Positions 1 through 7,579 of a stretch of DNA of 64,000 bases are shown here, in pieces. Every line of letters begins with the position of its first letter. The stretch's first letter is position 1. Made by a program: the position numbers and the translations under genes. The stretch is from Verrucomicrobiota bacterium. Lineage in GTDB: Bacteria > Verrucomicrobiota > Verrucomicrobiia > Chthoniobacterales > UBA10450. Where the stretch lies: NCBI GenBank assembly GCA_046732175.1, contig JBKPMO010000001.1, positions 11,310-75,309 of the forward strand, written 5' to 3'. The notes under the pieces are model-generated. The model was not told where the DNA came from, ran no database searches, and saw only the letters and a program-made list of their open reading frames with translations.

Positions 1-173
1 TCTGGTTCGGCGAGCCCAGCAAAGACACCAATAATGAACGACCCGGTGACGTTTACGACGAGCGTGCCGAGTGGGAATGTTTGTCCAAAACGTGTCGCAA
101 CCAATCCTGAGATCCAGAAGCGCGTCGCCCCGCCGACTGCACTACCGATACTGACCCAGATATATCCAGGCAT
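1..173 (-). CDS. crcB: Fluoride channel CrcB/FluC, N-terminal 57 codons (gene continues past the left edge)
   Basis: Own translation from ATG at 173 (minus): MPGYIWVSIGSAVGGATRFWISGLVATRFGQTFPLGTLVVNVTGSFIIGVFAGLAEP. Fits the CrcB N-terminal pattern (G-x-G-x2-R ... FP-x-GTL-x-N-x2-G-x-F-I-I-G). Absent from the ORF track because it is under 60 aa in-window. Sits directly behind a fluoride-riboswitch-like leader. Confidence 0.8.
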   Translation of the reverse strand, partial: MPGYIWVSIGSAVGGATRFWISGLVATRFGQTFPLGTLVVNVTGSFIIGVFAGLAEP

Positions 174-273
174 AACAAAACTCCTGCCGCGCTGTCGCGC
201 TTAACAGGAGTCATTAGCTCTGAATACTGTCAGTGCGGTTTTCCCAATCGCGGGAAGGCAAACTCCATTGCCT
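174..273 (-). promoter_or_regulatory. Fluoride riboswitch (crcB RNA motif): aptamer about 205-273, terminator/anti-SD expression platform 174-210
   Basis: Minus-strand RNA: AGGCAAUGGAGUUUGCCU-UCCCGCGAUUGGGAA-AACCGCA-CUGACAGUAUUCAG-AGCUAAUGACUCCUG-UUAAGCGCGACAGCGCGG-CAGGAG-UUUUGUU-AUG. P1 is GGCA/UGCC. Loop GGAGU is complementary to downstream ACUCC (pseudoknot). AACCGC linker, CUGA/UCAG hairpin and a GCUAAUGA segment follow. Then a CUCCUG...CAGGAG hairpin plus U-run whose 3' arm is the SD-like AGGAG. Confidence 0.75.
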
Positions 274-279
274 GCGTGA

Positions 280-308
280 TTCTTAAACTAATTCACGGTA
301 CTCTTCAA
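280..308 (-). promoter_or_regulatory. Candidate sigma70-type promoter for the riboswitch-crcB transcript
   Basis: Minus strand reads TTGAAG (303-308), a 17-nt spacer, then TAAGAA (280-285). It ends about 7 nt before the first aptamer nucleotides. Confidence 0.4.
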
Positions 309-363
309 GCGCGATTCGTAAGGTCGGCGCGTTGAAAAGTGAGGTATCGTCCGTTAAGGACGC

Positions 364-1608
364 TTGGTGAACCACTGGCAGCGAGAACTGGTCGCCAGCG
401 TGATCTTCGCGATCACTTACGTTCTGATCAGCGGCCGGCAGTTGAAAATTCTGCCGCTGAATCGGCCCGCCGCCGCTTTGCTTGGCGCGGTGCTGATGGT
501 TTCAACGGGAGTGATGACACCCGAGCGAGCCTATCGCGCGGTCAACTACGACACGATCGTGCTATTGCTCGCGATGATGCTCATCTCAGCCTACCTTTAT
601 CTTGCCCATTTTTTCGAATGGGCTGCTGAGCTTGTCTTGGAGTTCTCCCATACTCCGCAACGGCTGCTACTTTATCTAACGCTGACTTCGGGAATTCTCT
701 CGGCGTTGCTCCTCAATGACACAATCTGCTTGATGCTCACGCCGCTCGTGATCGCTGTTATTCGCCGTGGAAGATTGCCAATGTTGCCATATCTGATTGC
801 GCTTGCGACTAGCGCCAACATTGGCAGCGTCGCCACGCTGGTGGGCAATCCACAAAACATGATTATTGGACAGTTGTCCCGAATATCTTTTGCGCAATTT
901 TCAGAAGCGCTGTTGCCGGTGGCAATTGTCGGCCTGCTAATCAATTTCCTGATTTTGCGTTTTGGTTTTCGAAAAGTTCTGCACGGAAAGAGAATTGAAT
1001 GCGAAGTCCACACGATCCCGAAGCTGGACCACAGTTTGTTTGCGCTCGTCTGCATTGTTTTTGTGTCGATCTTCGCTTGCTTCGTCGTTGGTCTTAATCT
1101 GGCATGGACGGCCTTAGCGGGGGCAGTCTTGATAATGGTGATCGCTCGCCGCGACACGCATGAAGTGCTCAAATTGGTTGACTGGCACCTGCTAATATTT
1201 TTCGCGGGGTTGTTTGTCGTCGTCGATGGTCTGGGCGATACGGGTTTAACTGATACGATCTATCGACATCTCCAACCGGTGTTCGGATTAAGCGGGCCAA
1301 TCCAAGCGTGGAATCTGACGTGGCTTGCCGGAGTCGGCTCGAATGTTTTTTCCAACGTTCCATTTGTACTCGTGGCAGGAAAATGGGTCGAGCATTTTGC
1401 CGAACCGGAGTTGATGTGGAAGGTGCTTGCCCTTTCAACAACTTTTGCCGGGAACCTCACGGTCATCGGCTCAGTTGCGAATATGATCGTGGTCGAATCC
1501 GCGCGGGACCACATCCAAGTCAGTTTCTGGGACTATACGCGCTTCGGCATCCCGATCACGATCCTTACGACTGGCGTCGGCGTGGCTATGCTGCTCGTTT
1601 TGCGGTGA
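364..1608 (+). CDS. ArsB/NhaD-superfamily (CitMHS/SLC13-like) anion permease
   Basis: 414-aa polytopic membrane ORF. Motifs typical of this permease superfamily: [51 protein letters not shown] start at 364/367. Confidence 0.75.
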   Translation: MVNHWQRELVASVIFAITYVLISGRQLKILPLNRPAAALLGAVLMVSTGVMTPERAYRAVNYDTIVLLLAMMLISAYLYLAHFFEWAAELVLEFSHTPQRLLLYLTLTSGILSALLLNDTICLMLTPLVIAVIRRGRLPMLPYLIALATSANIGSVATLVGNPQNMIIGQLSRISFAQFSEALLPVAIVGLLINFLILRFGFRKVLHGKRIECEVHTIPKLDHSLFALVCIVFVSIFACFVVGLNLAWTALAGAVLIMVIARRDTHEVLKLVDWHLLIFFAGLFVVVDGLGDTGLTDTIYRHLQPVFGLSGPIQAWNLTWLAGVGSNVFSNVPFVLVAGKWVEHFAEPELMWKVLALSTTFAGNLTVIGSVANMIVVESARDHIQVSFWDYTRFGIPITILTTGVGVAMLLVLR

Positions 1609-1688
1609 CAACGCTGCGAAAAAGTCCCAGTGCTCGGCGTGTCACGATTTGACGCTCCCTCTGTCCTCCGCAAATTACCGCTTCCCGG

Positions 1689-1762
1689 GCGCCCGTAGCT
1701 CAACTGGATAGAGCATCTGACTACGGATCAGAAGGTTTGAGGTTCGAATCCCCACGGGCGCG
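1689..1762 (+). tRNA. tRNA-Arg (anticodon ACG), no encoded CCA
   Basis: Hand-folded cloverleaf: acceptor GCGCCCG/CGGGCGC, D arm GCTC-AACTGGATA-GAGC, anticodon arm TCTGA-CTACGGA-TCAGA (ACG at 34-36), variable AGGTT, T arm TGAGG-TTCGAAT-CCCCA (one A:C mismatch), discriminator G. 74 nt. Confidence 0.9.
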
Positions 1763-1821
1763 AATTTTTCCTGTGCAACGATTCGCTGGGGCGAAAGCAC
1801 GTTTCGCCGTTATCTTCCCTT

Positions 1822-3012
1822 ATGCGGTTTTTTGTCATCCTGATCGGCACCATTATCATTATCAACTTCCTGTGGTGGGTGACGTCGGTACGAATCGCTA
1901 AATCGAAGTTTGCTCGCATTGCCGTTTCCATTTTCGCCCTGTCCCAATTGGCGGGACTGACTTGGTTGCTTACCCATCGCTTTGTTCACGCAGAATCGAC
2001 GGTCCCGGTGGCGAAGTTCGCGATGGCCACGCTGTTTATCTGGCATATGATCCTCCTGCCGGTTCTGTTGCTGCTGGGGATGGCGTTGCTTCCGGTTCTG
2101 ATCTTGGTCGTCCTTGGCCGAAGCGCACAGCGGTTACGCAATTTTCACCCGGCCGCGGTAACGGAAAACGGAGCATTGAGCCGGCGACAATTTCTCGGAG
2201 TGGCTATCGCTGCGACGCCGCCGCTCTTGAATCTTAGCCTCGCCACCATTGCAATGCGGCAGCTCGATCAATTTCGAGTTCGACGGTTTGAGCTGCCTAT
2301 CGCTGGTTTGCCGCGCGATCTCCACGGTCTAACCATCACCCAAATCAGCGACATGCACGTTGGGCGGTTTACCTCCGGGCGGGTCTTGCGCGAGATGGTC
2401 CGGGTCGTTAACGAGTTACGTGCCGACCTCGTCCTTCTGACCGGTGACCTGATTAACGACGCTCTGGCCGATCTCGATCAGGGTCTCGATCTCGTTAGAT
2501 CCATGCAAGCTGCCCACGGAGTATATCTCATCGAGGGCAATCACGACTTGATTGACAATGGTCCCGAGTTCGAACGCAGGGTGAAACGGTCCGGGATTCC
2601 ATTTCTGCTCGACGAATCGATCGTGATCACAATCAGCGGCGCGCCGCTGCAGCTCTTTGGATTAAGTTGGACACGAACGAGAGAAAACCGGGATGCGGCT
2701 ATTGCGGCCGCCGTGCGTGACCTCCTAACGCAGCGTCAGCCGGATACTTTTCCCATCGTGCTGGCGCATCATCCCCATGCCTTCGATGCGGCGGCGGCAT
2801 CGGTTCCTCTCACCCTCTCCGGCCATACCCATGGCGGACAGCTTATGTTAAACGAGCAATGTGGGTTCGGCCCGGCGCTGTTTCGCTACTGGTCCGGTCT
2901 TTATAGCAAAGGAGCAAGCAAATTGGTCGTTTCAAACGGAGTAGGCAATTGGTTTCCCTTGCGCGTCCGCGCGCCCGCGGAACTTCTGCATCTCACGCTT
3001 CTGCGTCCTTAA
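1822..3012 (+). CDS. Membrane-anchored metallophosphoesterase (calcineurin-like, YkuE/YaeI type)
   Basis: N-terminal hydrophobic segments followed by the motifs ISDMHVG, TGDLIND, GNHD and SGHTHGGQ. Confidence 0.85.
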   Translation: MRFFVILIGTIIIINFLWWVTSVRIAKSKFARIAVSIFALSQLAGLTWLLTHRFVHAESTVPVAKFAMATLFIWHMILLPVLLLLGMALLPVLILVVLGRSAQRLRNFHPAAVTENGALSRRQFLGVAIAATPPLLNLSLATIAMRQLDQFRVRRFELPIAGLPRDLHGLTITQISDMHVGRFTSGRVLREMVRVVNELRADLVLLTGDLINDALADLDQGLDLVRSMQAAHGVYLIEGNHDLIDNGPEFERRVKRSGIPFLLDESIVITISGAPLQLFGLSWTRTRENRDAAIAAAVRDLLTQRQPDTFPIVLAHHPHAFDAAAASVPLTLSGHTHGGQLMLNEQCGFGPALFRYWSGLYSKGASKLVVSNGVGNWFPLRVRAPAELLHLTLLRP

Positions 3013-3074
3013 TCCTTCGCTTAGGTTTTTGGGTGTTGGGCTTAACGCGTCAGCGACTAAGTGGTACACCAAAC

Positions 3075-3096
3075 GCGCCGAGATTGCTCTCGGCGC
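3075..3096 (-). terminator. Hairpin between convergent genes, probable terminator of the 3133-3453 gene
   Basis: GCGCCGAGA-ttgc-TCTCGGCGC (9-bp arms). On the minus strand it is followed by GTTTGGTGT. It lies 37 nt past the minus-strand stop. Confidence 0.45.
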
Positions 3097-3132
3097 GAAA
3101 GGTAATCCACTGTTCCGATTTAACGTTTCAAC

Positions 3133-3453
3133 TCAGCTCGTTGTCTTCTCTTTCTCGCCGTGCTTGCACTCGGCTTCAAACTTGGCGTACTGCTCCTGGG
3201 TCAGGATTGTTTTTGCCTCCCGCATGTATTTTGCCTCGCTCGCATCGTTGCAGCCCTCTTTCTCATGCTGCGCCATCAGCGCGTCCATCTTGGTCTTCTG
3301 CTCCGCTGTCAGGTTGAGACTGGCCAATGAAACCGAACAAGCCATTTTTCCCCCCTTGTATCCCGCCTGCTTTGTGCAATCACCATGCTCGCCCCCGAAT
3401 ATCATGCCCGCCACAAAGAGCCCTGCCGCTACTAACGCAGTGAGTTTAGTCAT
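3133..3453 (-). CDS. Small secreted LTXXQ-motif (Spy/CpxP-like) protein with four conserved Cys, paralog of 45738-46058
   Basis: 106 aa with a signal-like N-terminus. Two LTXXQ motifs (LNLTAEQ, ILTQEQ). Aligns end to end with the other 106-aa ORF, including 4 Cys positions. Confidence 0.7.
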   Translation of the reverse strand: MTKLTALVAAGLFVAGMIFGGEHGDCTKQAGYKGGKMACSVSLASLNLTAEQKTKMDALMAQHEKEGCNDASEAKYMREAKTILTQEQYAKFEAECKHGEKEKTTS

Positions 3454-3574
3454 AGTGGCAACCTAGACACTTTGCCGCAATTGTCGTTCAAAATTTTGGA
3501 CTCGCGCCATTTGCGTCGCAACCGAGACGCAAGCAATCTATTTTCGTGCAATCCAACGCCTGCACCTTTCTGGA

Positions 3575-3772
3575 ATGAAGCAAAACATCGATAGCAAAGG
3601 CCGCGTTGCCCGCGGTGGGATGGCGGTCGTTTTCCTTCTCGGTGGCGGCTGTCTGATCCAGGAAGCATCAGTGCTCGCGGTGATTTTTATTCTGGTAGGT
3701 ATGTTCTGCGCGTTTGAAGCGTGGGTCGGTTGGTGCGCGGTTCGCGCCTGCGGCGTTAAAACGCCGCTCTAA
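3575..3772 (+). CDS. DUF2892 (YgaP-like) small membrane protein
   Basis: 65 aa. N-terminal N-x-D/G-x2-R-x2-R-x3-G pattern, two hydrophobic helices and the C-terminal G-W-C-x5-C-G motif typical of DUF2892. Confidence 0.7.
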   Translation: MKQNIDSKGRVARGGMAVVFLLGGGCLIQEASVLAVIFILVGMFCAFEAWVGWCAVRACGVKTPL

Positions 3773-3874
3773 AACCCGCCGCAGTTCAGACAAAAGTCTC
3801 CGTCTGCGACGTCTAGCTGGTGACGTCGGCGCACCTAATGAAAATTCATCAGAATCTTGAATCCGAACAGCTAG

Positions 3875-4126
3875 ATGGCTGCATCTCACAGACAAAAAGC
3901 TATGAAAACAACCGTTGCTAACCCGGAAACATTTGAATCCACTTACGCCTTGCTCGTGCGCTCTGAAGAAACACGGCGAAACCGATTTGAAACGCTGGTC
4001 TACACAATCCTGATCGTCTGCACCACGTTCGCAGTCGCGCAGTTCGGTCACCAAACCTTCATTGCGCCCTCCGGCATCGCGCGCGTTTCGACGACTTTGC
4101 CTGCCGCCTCACAGCACGGCGTCTGA
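3875..4126 (+). CDS. Hypothetical small membrane protein (weak)
   Basis: 83-aa ORF with one hydrophobic segment (LVYTILIVCTTFAVAQF). No recognisable family. Alternative ATG at 3902. Confidence 0.3.
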   Translation: MAASHRQKAMKTTVANPETFESTYALLVRSEETRRNRFETLVYTILIVCTTFAVAQFGHQTFIAPSGIARVSTTLPAASQHGV

Positions 4127-4313
4127 AAAACGCTACGGCAAGTGGGCTGTTTCCCCCAATTCGAGCGACGAAATTTTGTCATTGGAGTTCGAGACGGACT
4201 TCGGCTTGCTCGTTGATTTGTCGTGTAATCTGCAGACCAACTAGAGTTGCACAAGCCTCGAGCTTGCCCGTACTCAGTTGAACATGTATCGTGGCTGACT
4301 ACCTGAGACCGGT

Positions 4314-4353
4314 AACCGTCTACGTACTTTCCCGTGACCATCTACGTACTTTC
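4314..4353 (+). promoter_or_regulatory. Two 18-bp direct repeats upstream of the Ig-repeat gene
   Basis: ACCgTCTACGTACTTTCC (4314-4331) and ACCaTCTACGTACTTTCC (4336-4353). Period 22 bp, each with a TACGTA core. They lie 42-81 nt upstream of the ATG at 4395. Confidence 0.45.
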
Positions 4354-4394
4354 CTCTGCCCGTTTGGCATGAGGTGGGCTGTAAGGGGCATTCT

Positions 4395-6716
4395 ATGATG
4401 CCCACCGATTATCCTGAGAGTTTACGCATTGAATCACTGCTGAGAGTTGCCCGGCGATTTATCCTGGCGGCAGCCATCTTACCGGCCTTTACCGTTGCTC
4501 CCGTGCTCCTGGCGGACGCCGCGTCGAGCTTTACCAGCGCTACTAGTGTCAACTTCCCGCAAGGCGTTCGGGATAGCTTCACCATTACCACCACCGGTGT
4601 TCCGATCCCGAAGATTACCCAGAGCGGCCACCTCCCGGGCGGCGTAAAATTCGTCGATAATGGCGACGGCACCGCAATCTTGTCTGGGGTCCCCGGCAAC
4701 GGGCTTGGCCTGGTGGGCGATTACGCGCTGACCTTCACGGCCTCAAACGGGGTGGCATCGAACGCAACGCAAAACTTTACTCTAACGATCACGCGCCCCC
4801 CGCTGATCTTAAGCGTTAATAACGCAACCTTCGTCGTCGGGACCGCAAATACCTTTACCGTTACAACTCGAAATACTCAGCCCAAAACGACCCTCAGCTT
4901 CACTGGTAACTTGCCGGGAGGCGTAACATTTGTGCCGAATAACAATGGCACGGCCACTTTGAGCGGCACACCCGCCGCTGGATCAGGGGGTATTTACTTT
5001 CTCACCATCACTGGATCAAACGGGTCGCCTCCGGATGCGGTCCAGGTCTTCACCCTGACCGTGCAGAATGCCGCGCCGGTTACACATGCCCCAACCATCA
5101 CGAGCGCCGCGAGCACCACGTTTACGGTCGGAACGGAAGGTATTTTTACTATTCATACAACTGGGACGCCCACCTCTTCGATCGCTCTCAGTGGCACCTT
5201 GCCGGCCTGGCTTACATTCGTCGATAATACGGACGGCACTGCGACTCTTGAGGGAATACCGGATCCCGGCGGTCCAGCAAGCTACTCGCTCACAATCACC
5301 GCCACCAATGGCATCGCACCAGACGCAACGCAGGCGTTTACATTATTTGTAAACAATCCACCGCCCGCTATCACAAGCGCCGACAATACCACGTTCGTTA
5401 TCGGAACATCTGGAAGCTTCACCGTCAGGACTAGCCCGCCTGTTCCGAGCGCAACTGTCAGCTTCACCGGCACGCTCCCGTCCGGGATCAACTTCACTCC
5501 AAATGGAGACGGTACCGCGACCATCGATGGAACCACTTCAGCTGGTTCGGCCGGTGATTACCCAATCAACATCACTGCGTCGAATGGAACTGTGCCCAAT
5601 GCAACGCAACTCTTTACCATTACGGTACAAAATGCGCCGCCGGTCCTGGAGGCGCCTGCCATTACCAGTGCTGCTTCGACCTCCTTTGCCGTTGGAACCG
5701 CTGGTACTTTTACCATCACCACTACCGGCAGCCCGACGCCGACTCTGGAGTTGAGTGGCGCGCAACCGGCCTGGTTTTCCTTTGTCGATAATACCGACGG
5801 CACCGCTACGATCAGTGGCACGCCCGACGCCGGCAGCGATCTCAGCTACACCTTTACTATTACAGCTCGCAATGGCGTTTCCCCTGTAGCTACTCAGGAT
5901 TTCACTCTCCTGATCACCCACACGCCGGCCGGCGCGCAGCTGGTGAATGTCTCTACCCGCCTACTCATCCAAACTGGAGCTAAGGCCGGCTTCGGAGGCT
6001 TTATCATCACTGGGACGGATCCCAAAAAGGTTCTTATCCGCGGGATAGGACCAACTCTAACCGGTTCTAACATTGCTAACGCTTTGCAGGATCCGATGCT
6101 GGAGTTACACGACGGCACAGGTGCTATCCTTACTTCGAACGACAATTGGAAAGTTCCCCAACAGGCTGCGATCGAGGCAACTGGTGCTGCACCACTTGAC
6201 GATCGCGAATCGGCCATTCTTCTCACGCTCCAGCCTGGTCTCTACACTGTGATTCAATCTGGTAAGAACGGGACGACCGGCGTTGGATTGATCGAAGTCT
6301 ACGATGTGGATGTGCAGTCGGCGTCGAAGTTGGTGAACATATCGACACGCGGCGTGGTCCAAACCGGTAACAACGTAATGATCGGTGGCTTTATCGTGAG
6401 CGGCGCTAGCGGTTCAGTGAATCTGGTCGTGCGCGCGCTCGGTCCGACCCTGGGTCAGCCTCCATCCAACGTCCCCAATGTCCTGGCGAATCCCACCCTG
6501 CAACTAGTTGGTGCCAACGGAACAACTATCGCATTTAACAATAACTGGAAGGATTGGCAGCAGCCCCCAATCCCTACCGATATTCAGCCTGTGAACGACT
6601 TGGAGTCGGCGATAGCCTTTACCGCTTCACCGGGCAACTACACTGCGATTGTTCGTGGGAACAATAATACCACCGGTATAGCTCTGGTTGAAGTTTACCA
6701 GGTCGCGAGCTTCTAA
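4395..6716 (+). CDS. Secreted repeat protein: five Ig-like (putative-Ig/cadherin-like) repeats plus two C-terminal beta-sandwich-like modules
   Basis: Long ORF (track start 4374). I prefer the ATG at 4395, which is preceded by AAGGGG. Signal-like segment ILAAAILPAFTVAPVLLADA. Repeats of about 93 aa share F-T-V/I-T-T-x-G ... LP-x-G/W-x-F-x-x-N-x-D/N-GTA-x-L/I-x-G-x-P ... Y-x-L/F-T-I-T-A-x-NG ... Q-x-F-T-L. The two C-terminal modules share LVN-V/I-STR, GGFI, DP-x-L-E/Q-L, N-D/N-NWK, ESA and EVY. Confidence 0.85.
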   Translation: MMPTDYPESLRIESLLRVARRFILAAAILPAFTVAPVLLADAASSFTSATSVNFPQGVRDSFTITTTGVPIPKITQSGHLPGGVKFVDNGDGTAILSGVPGNGLGLVGDYALTFTASNGVASNATQNFTLTITRPPLILSVNNATFVVGTANTFTVTTRNTQPKTTLSFTGNLPGGVTFVPNNNGTATLSGTPAAGSGGIYFLTITGSNGSPPDAVQVFTLTVQNAAPVTHAPTITSAASTTFTVGTEGIFTIHTTGTPTSSIALSGTLPAWLTFVDNTDGTATLEGIPDPGGPASYSLTITATNGIAPDATQAFTLFVNNPPPAITSADNTTFVIGTSGSFTVRTSPPVPSATVSFTGTLPSGINFTPNGDGTATIDGTTSAGSAGDYPINITASNGTVPNATQLFTITVQNAPPVLEAPAITSAASTSFAVGTAGTFTITTTGSPTPTLELSGAQPAWFSFVDNTDGTATISGTPDAGSDLSYTFTITARNGVSPVATQDFTLLITHTPAGAQLVNVSTRLLIQTGAKAGFGGFIITGTDPKKVLIRGIGPTLTGSNIANALQDPMLELHDGTGAILTSNDNWKVPQQAAIEATGAAPLDDRESAILLTLQPGLYTVIQSGKNGTTGVGLIEVYDVDVQSASKLVNISTRGVVQTGNNVMIGGFIVSGASGSVNLVVRALGPTLGQPPSNVPNVLANPTLQLVGANGTTIAFNNNWKDWQQPPIPTDIQPVNDLESAIAFTASPGNYTAIVRGNNNTTGIALVEVYQVASF
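4524..5927 (+). repeat. Intragenic tandem repeats (5 x about 280 bp) with alternating A/B subtype
   Basis: Repeats 3 and 5 (TITSAAST-x-F-x-VGT ... PAW-x-x-FVDNTDGTAT) and repeats 2 and 4 (SFTG-x-LP-x-G ... F-x-PN-x-x-GTAT) pair up. Similarity is visible at DNA level, e.g. ttcgtcgataatacggacggcac (from 5218) versus tttgtcgataataccgacggcac (from 5780). Confidence 0.8.
5928..6713 (+). repeat. Two tandem C-terminal modules of about 125-135 aa in the same gene
   Basis: Module 1 starts at LVNVSTRLLIQTG and module 2 at LVNISTRGVVQTG. The boundary is near 6313. Confidence 0.7.
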
Positions 6717-6798
6717 GGCGTAGCCGAGCCGATGAGAGGCGGAGCGTCCTGTGTAGGGTCACTGCGCTCCTGCTACCGTCGTTTAAGCATTCTGCGGT

Positions 6799-6933
6799 AG
6801 GAGCCCACCGGCAACCGAAAACATCGCCTGCGACATCAAACTTATCTCGATCGACAAGATCAACGAAGCGTACGAGCGCATGCTAAAGAGCGACGTCAAA
6901 TATCGTTTCGTCATCGGCATGGCTTCGTTGTGA
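6799..6933 (+). pseudogene. Remnant of the C-terminus of a zinc-type NAD(P)-dependent alcohol dehydrogenase (YahK/AdhA-like)
   Basis: Own translation after the in-frame TAG at 6796: [44 protein letters not shown]. The [19 protein letters not shown] block is the recognisable C-terminal signature. There is no upstream body and no start codon. Confidence 0.65.
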
Positions 6934-7020
6934 TTGGCAACGGGCAAAGGGGCAGAATGCGAAGGCCAGCCACTACGCCTGTAACGCTTCAGCGAATAAG
7001 GCTTCTTCGTTTTTGCTGCC

Positions 7021-7200
7021 CTACTCGTAACGTAGCGCGACCATAGGATCAACGTTCATCGCGCGGCGTGCGGGAAGGTAACACGCTATTACGGCGACCC
7101 CGATAAGAAGTAAGACGACACCGGCAAAGGTCATCGGATCCGTCGGTCGCACGCCATAAAGCAGACTCGCCATTAACTGCCCGATGATGACTGCGGCCAT
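7021..7200 (-). pseudogene. Remnant of the C-terminus of an FtsX-family (ADOP/MacB-like) ABC permease
   Basis: Own translation (59 codons, below the ORF-track cutoff): [64 protein letters not shown]-x-PTDP-x-TF and PARRA[12 protein letters not shown] are the typical last helix and tail of these roughly 800-aa permeases. Confidence 0.65.
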
Positions 7201-7472
7201 TTCTCTCTCTCGAATTTGGCGCGGTTATCGACGGTGAGCACGTTGATGCCGGCCGCCGCGAGCTGTCCGGCCACATCGTTCCATGAATCGCGCGTGCGAT
7301 TGCTTTGGTGAAACAACAAAACGCCGGGCCCTGGCTTCGCGGCAGCGAAGTACGTTCCTTTCAAAACCGTGCCGTCGCTCGATTTGATATCGACAATCCG
7401 AATGTTTTTTGTCGGTTCGGCGAACGCGATTGTCGCAATTATTGCCGCTGATAAACAGATGAGGTGTTTCAT
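7173..7472 (-). pseudogene. N-terminal fragment of a secreted alpha/beta hydrolase (dienelactone-hydrolase-like), truncated
   Basis: 99-aa ORF with a signal peptide, then GVLLFHQSNRTRDSWNDVAGQLAAAGINVLTVD. Homology stops before the nucleophile elbow. The frame reads on into the permease remnant (junction about 7200-7225). Confidence 0.5.
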
Positions 7473-7579
7473 ACCAACGAGTTCTGTTTCGCAAGTCGCT
7501 GAACGCTGAAGGAGATGGCGAAGAGAGCACTGTTTCTGTGCGATAATCCAACCGCAGAATCAGCATTCATATTTAGCAC

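Noticed and set aside
5068-5921. Several 80-130-aa ORFs on both strands inside the Ig-repeat gene
   Set aside because: They are off-frame or antisense products of a repetitive GC-rich coding region. The main frame is continuous, with a clear domain periodicity.
4395-6716. The Ig-repeat gene as target of a diversity-generating retroelement or a phase-variable contingency locus
   Set aside because: No reverse transcriptase or template repeat is nearby. The 5' region has no homopolymer or short tandem tract. The repeats differ at many positions with no adenine-specific pattern visible.
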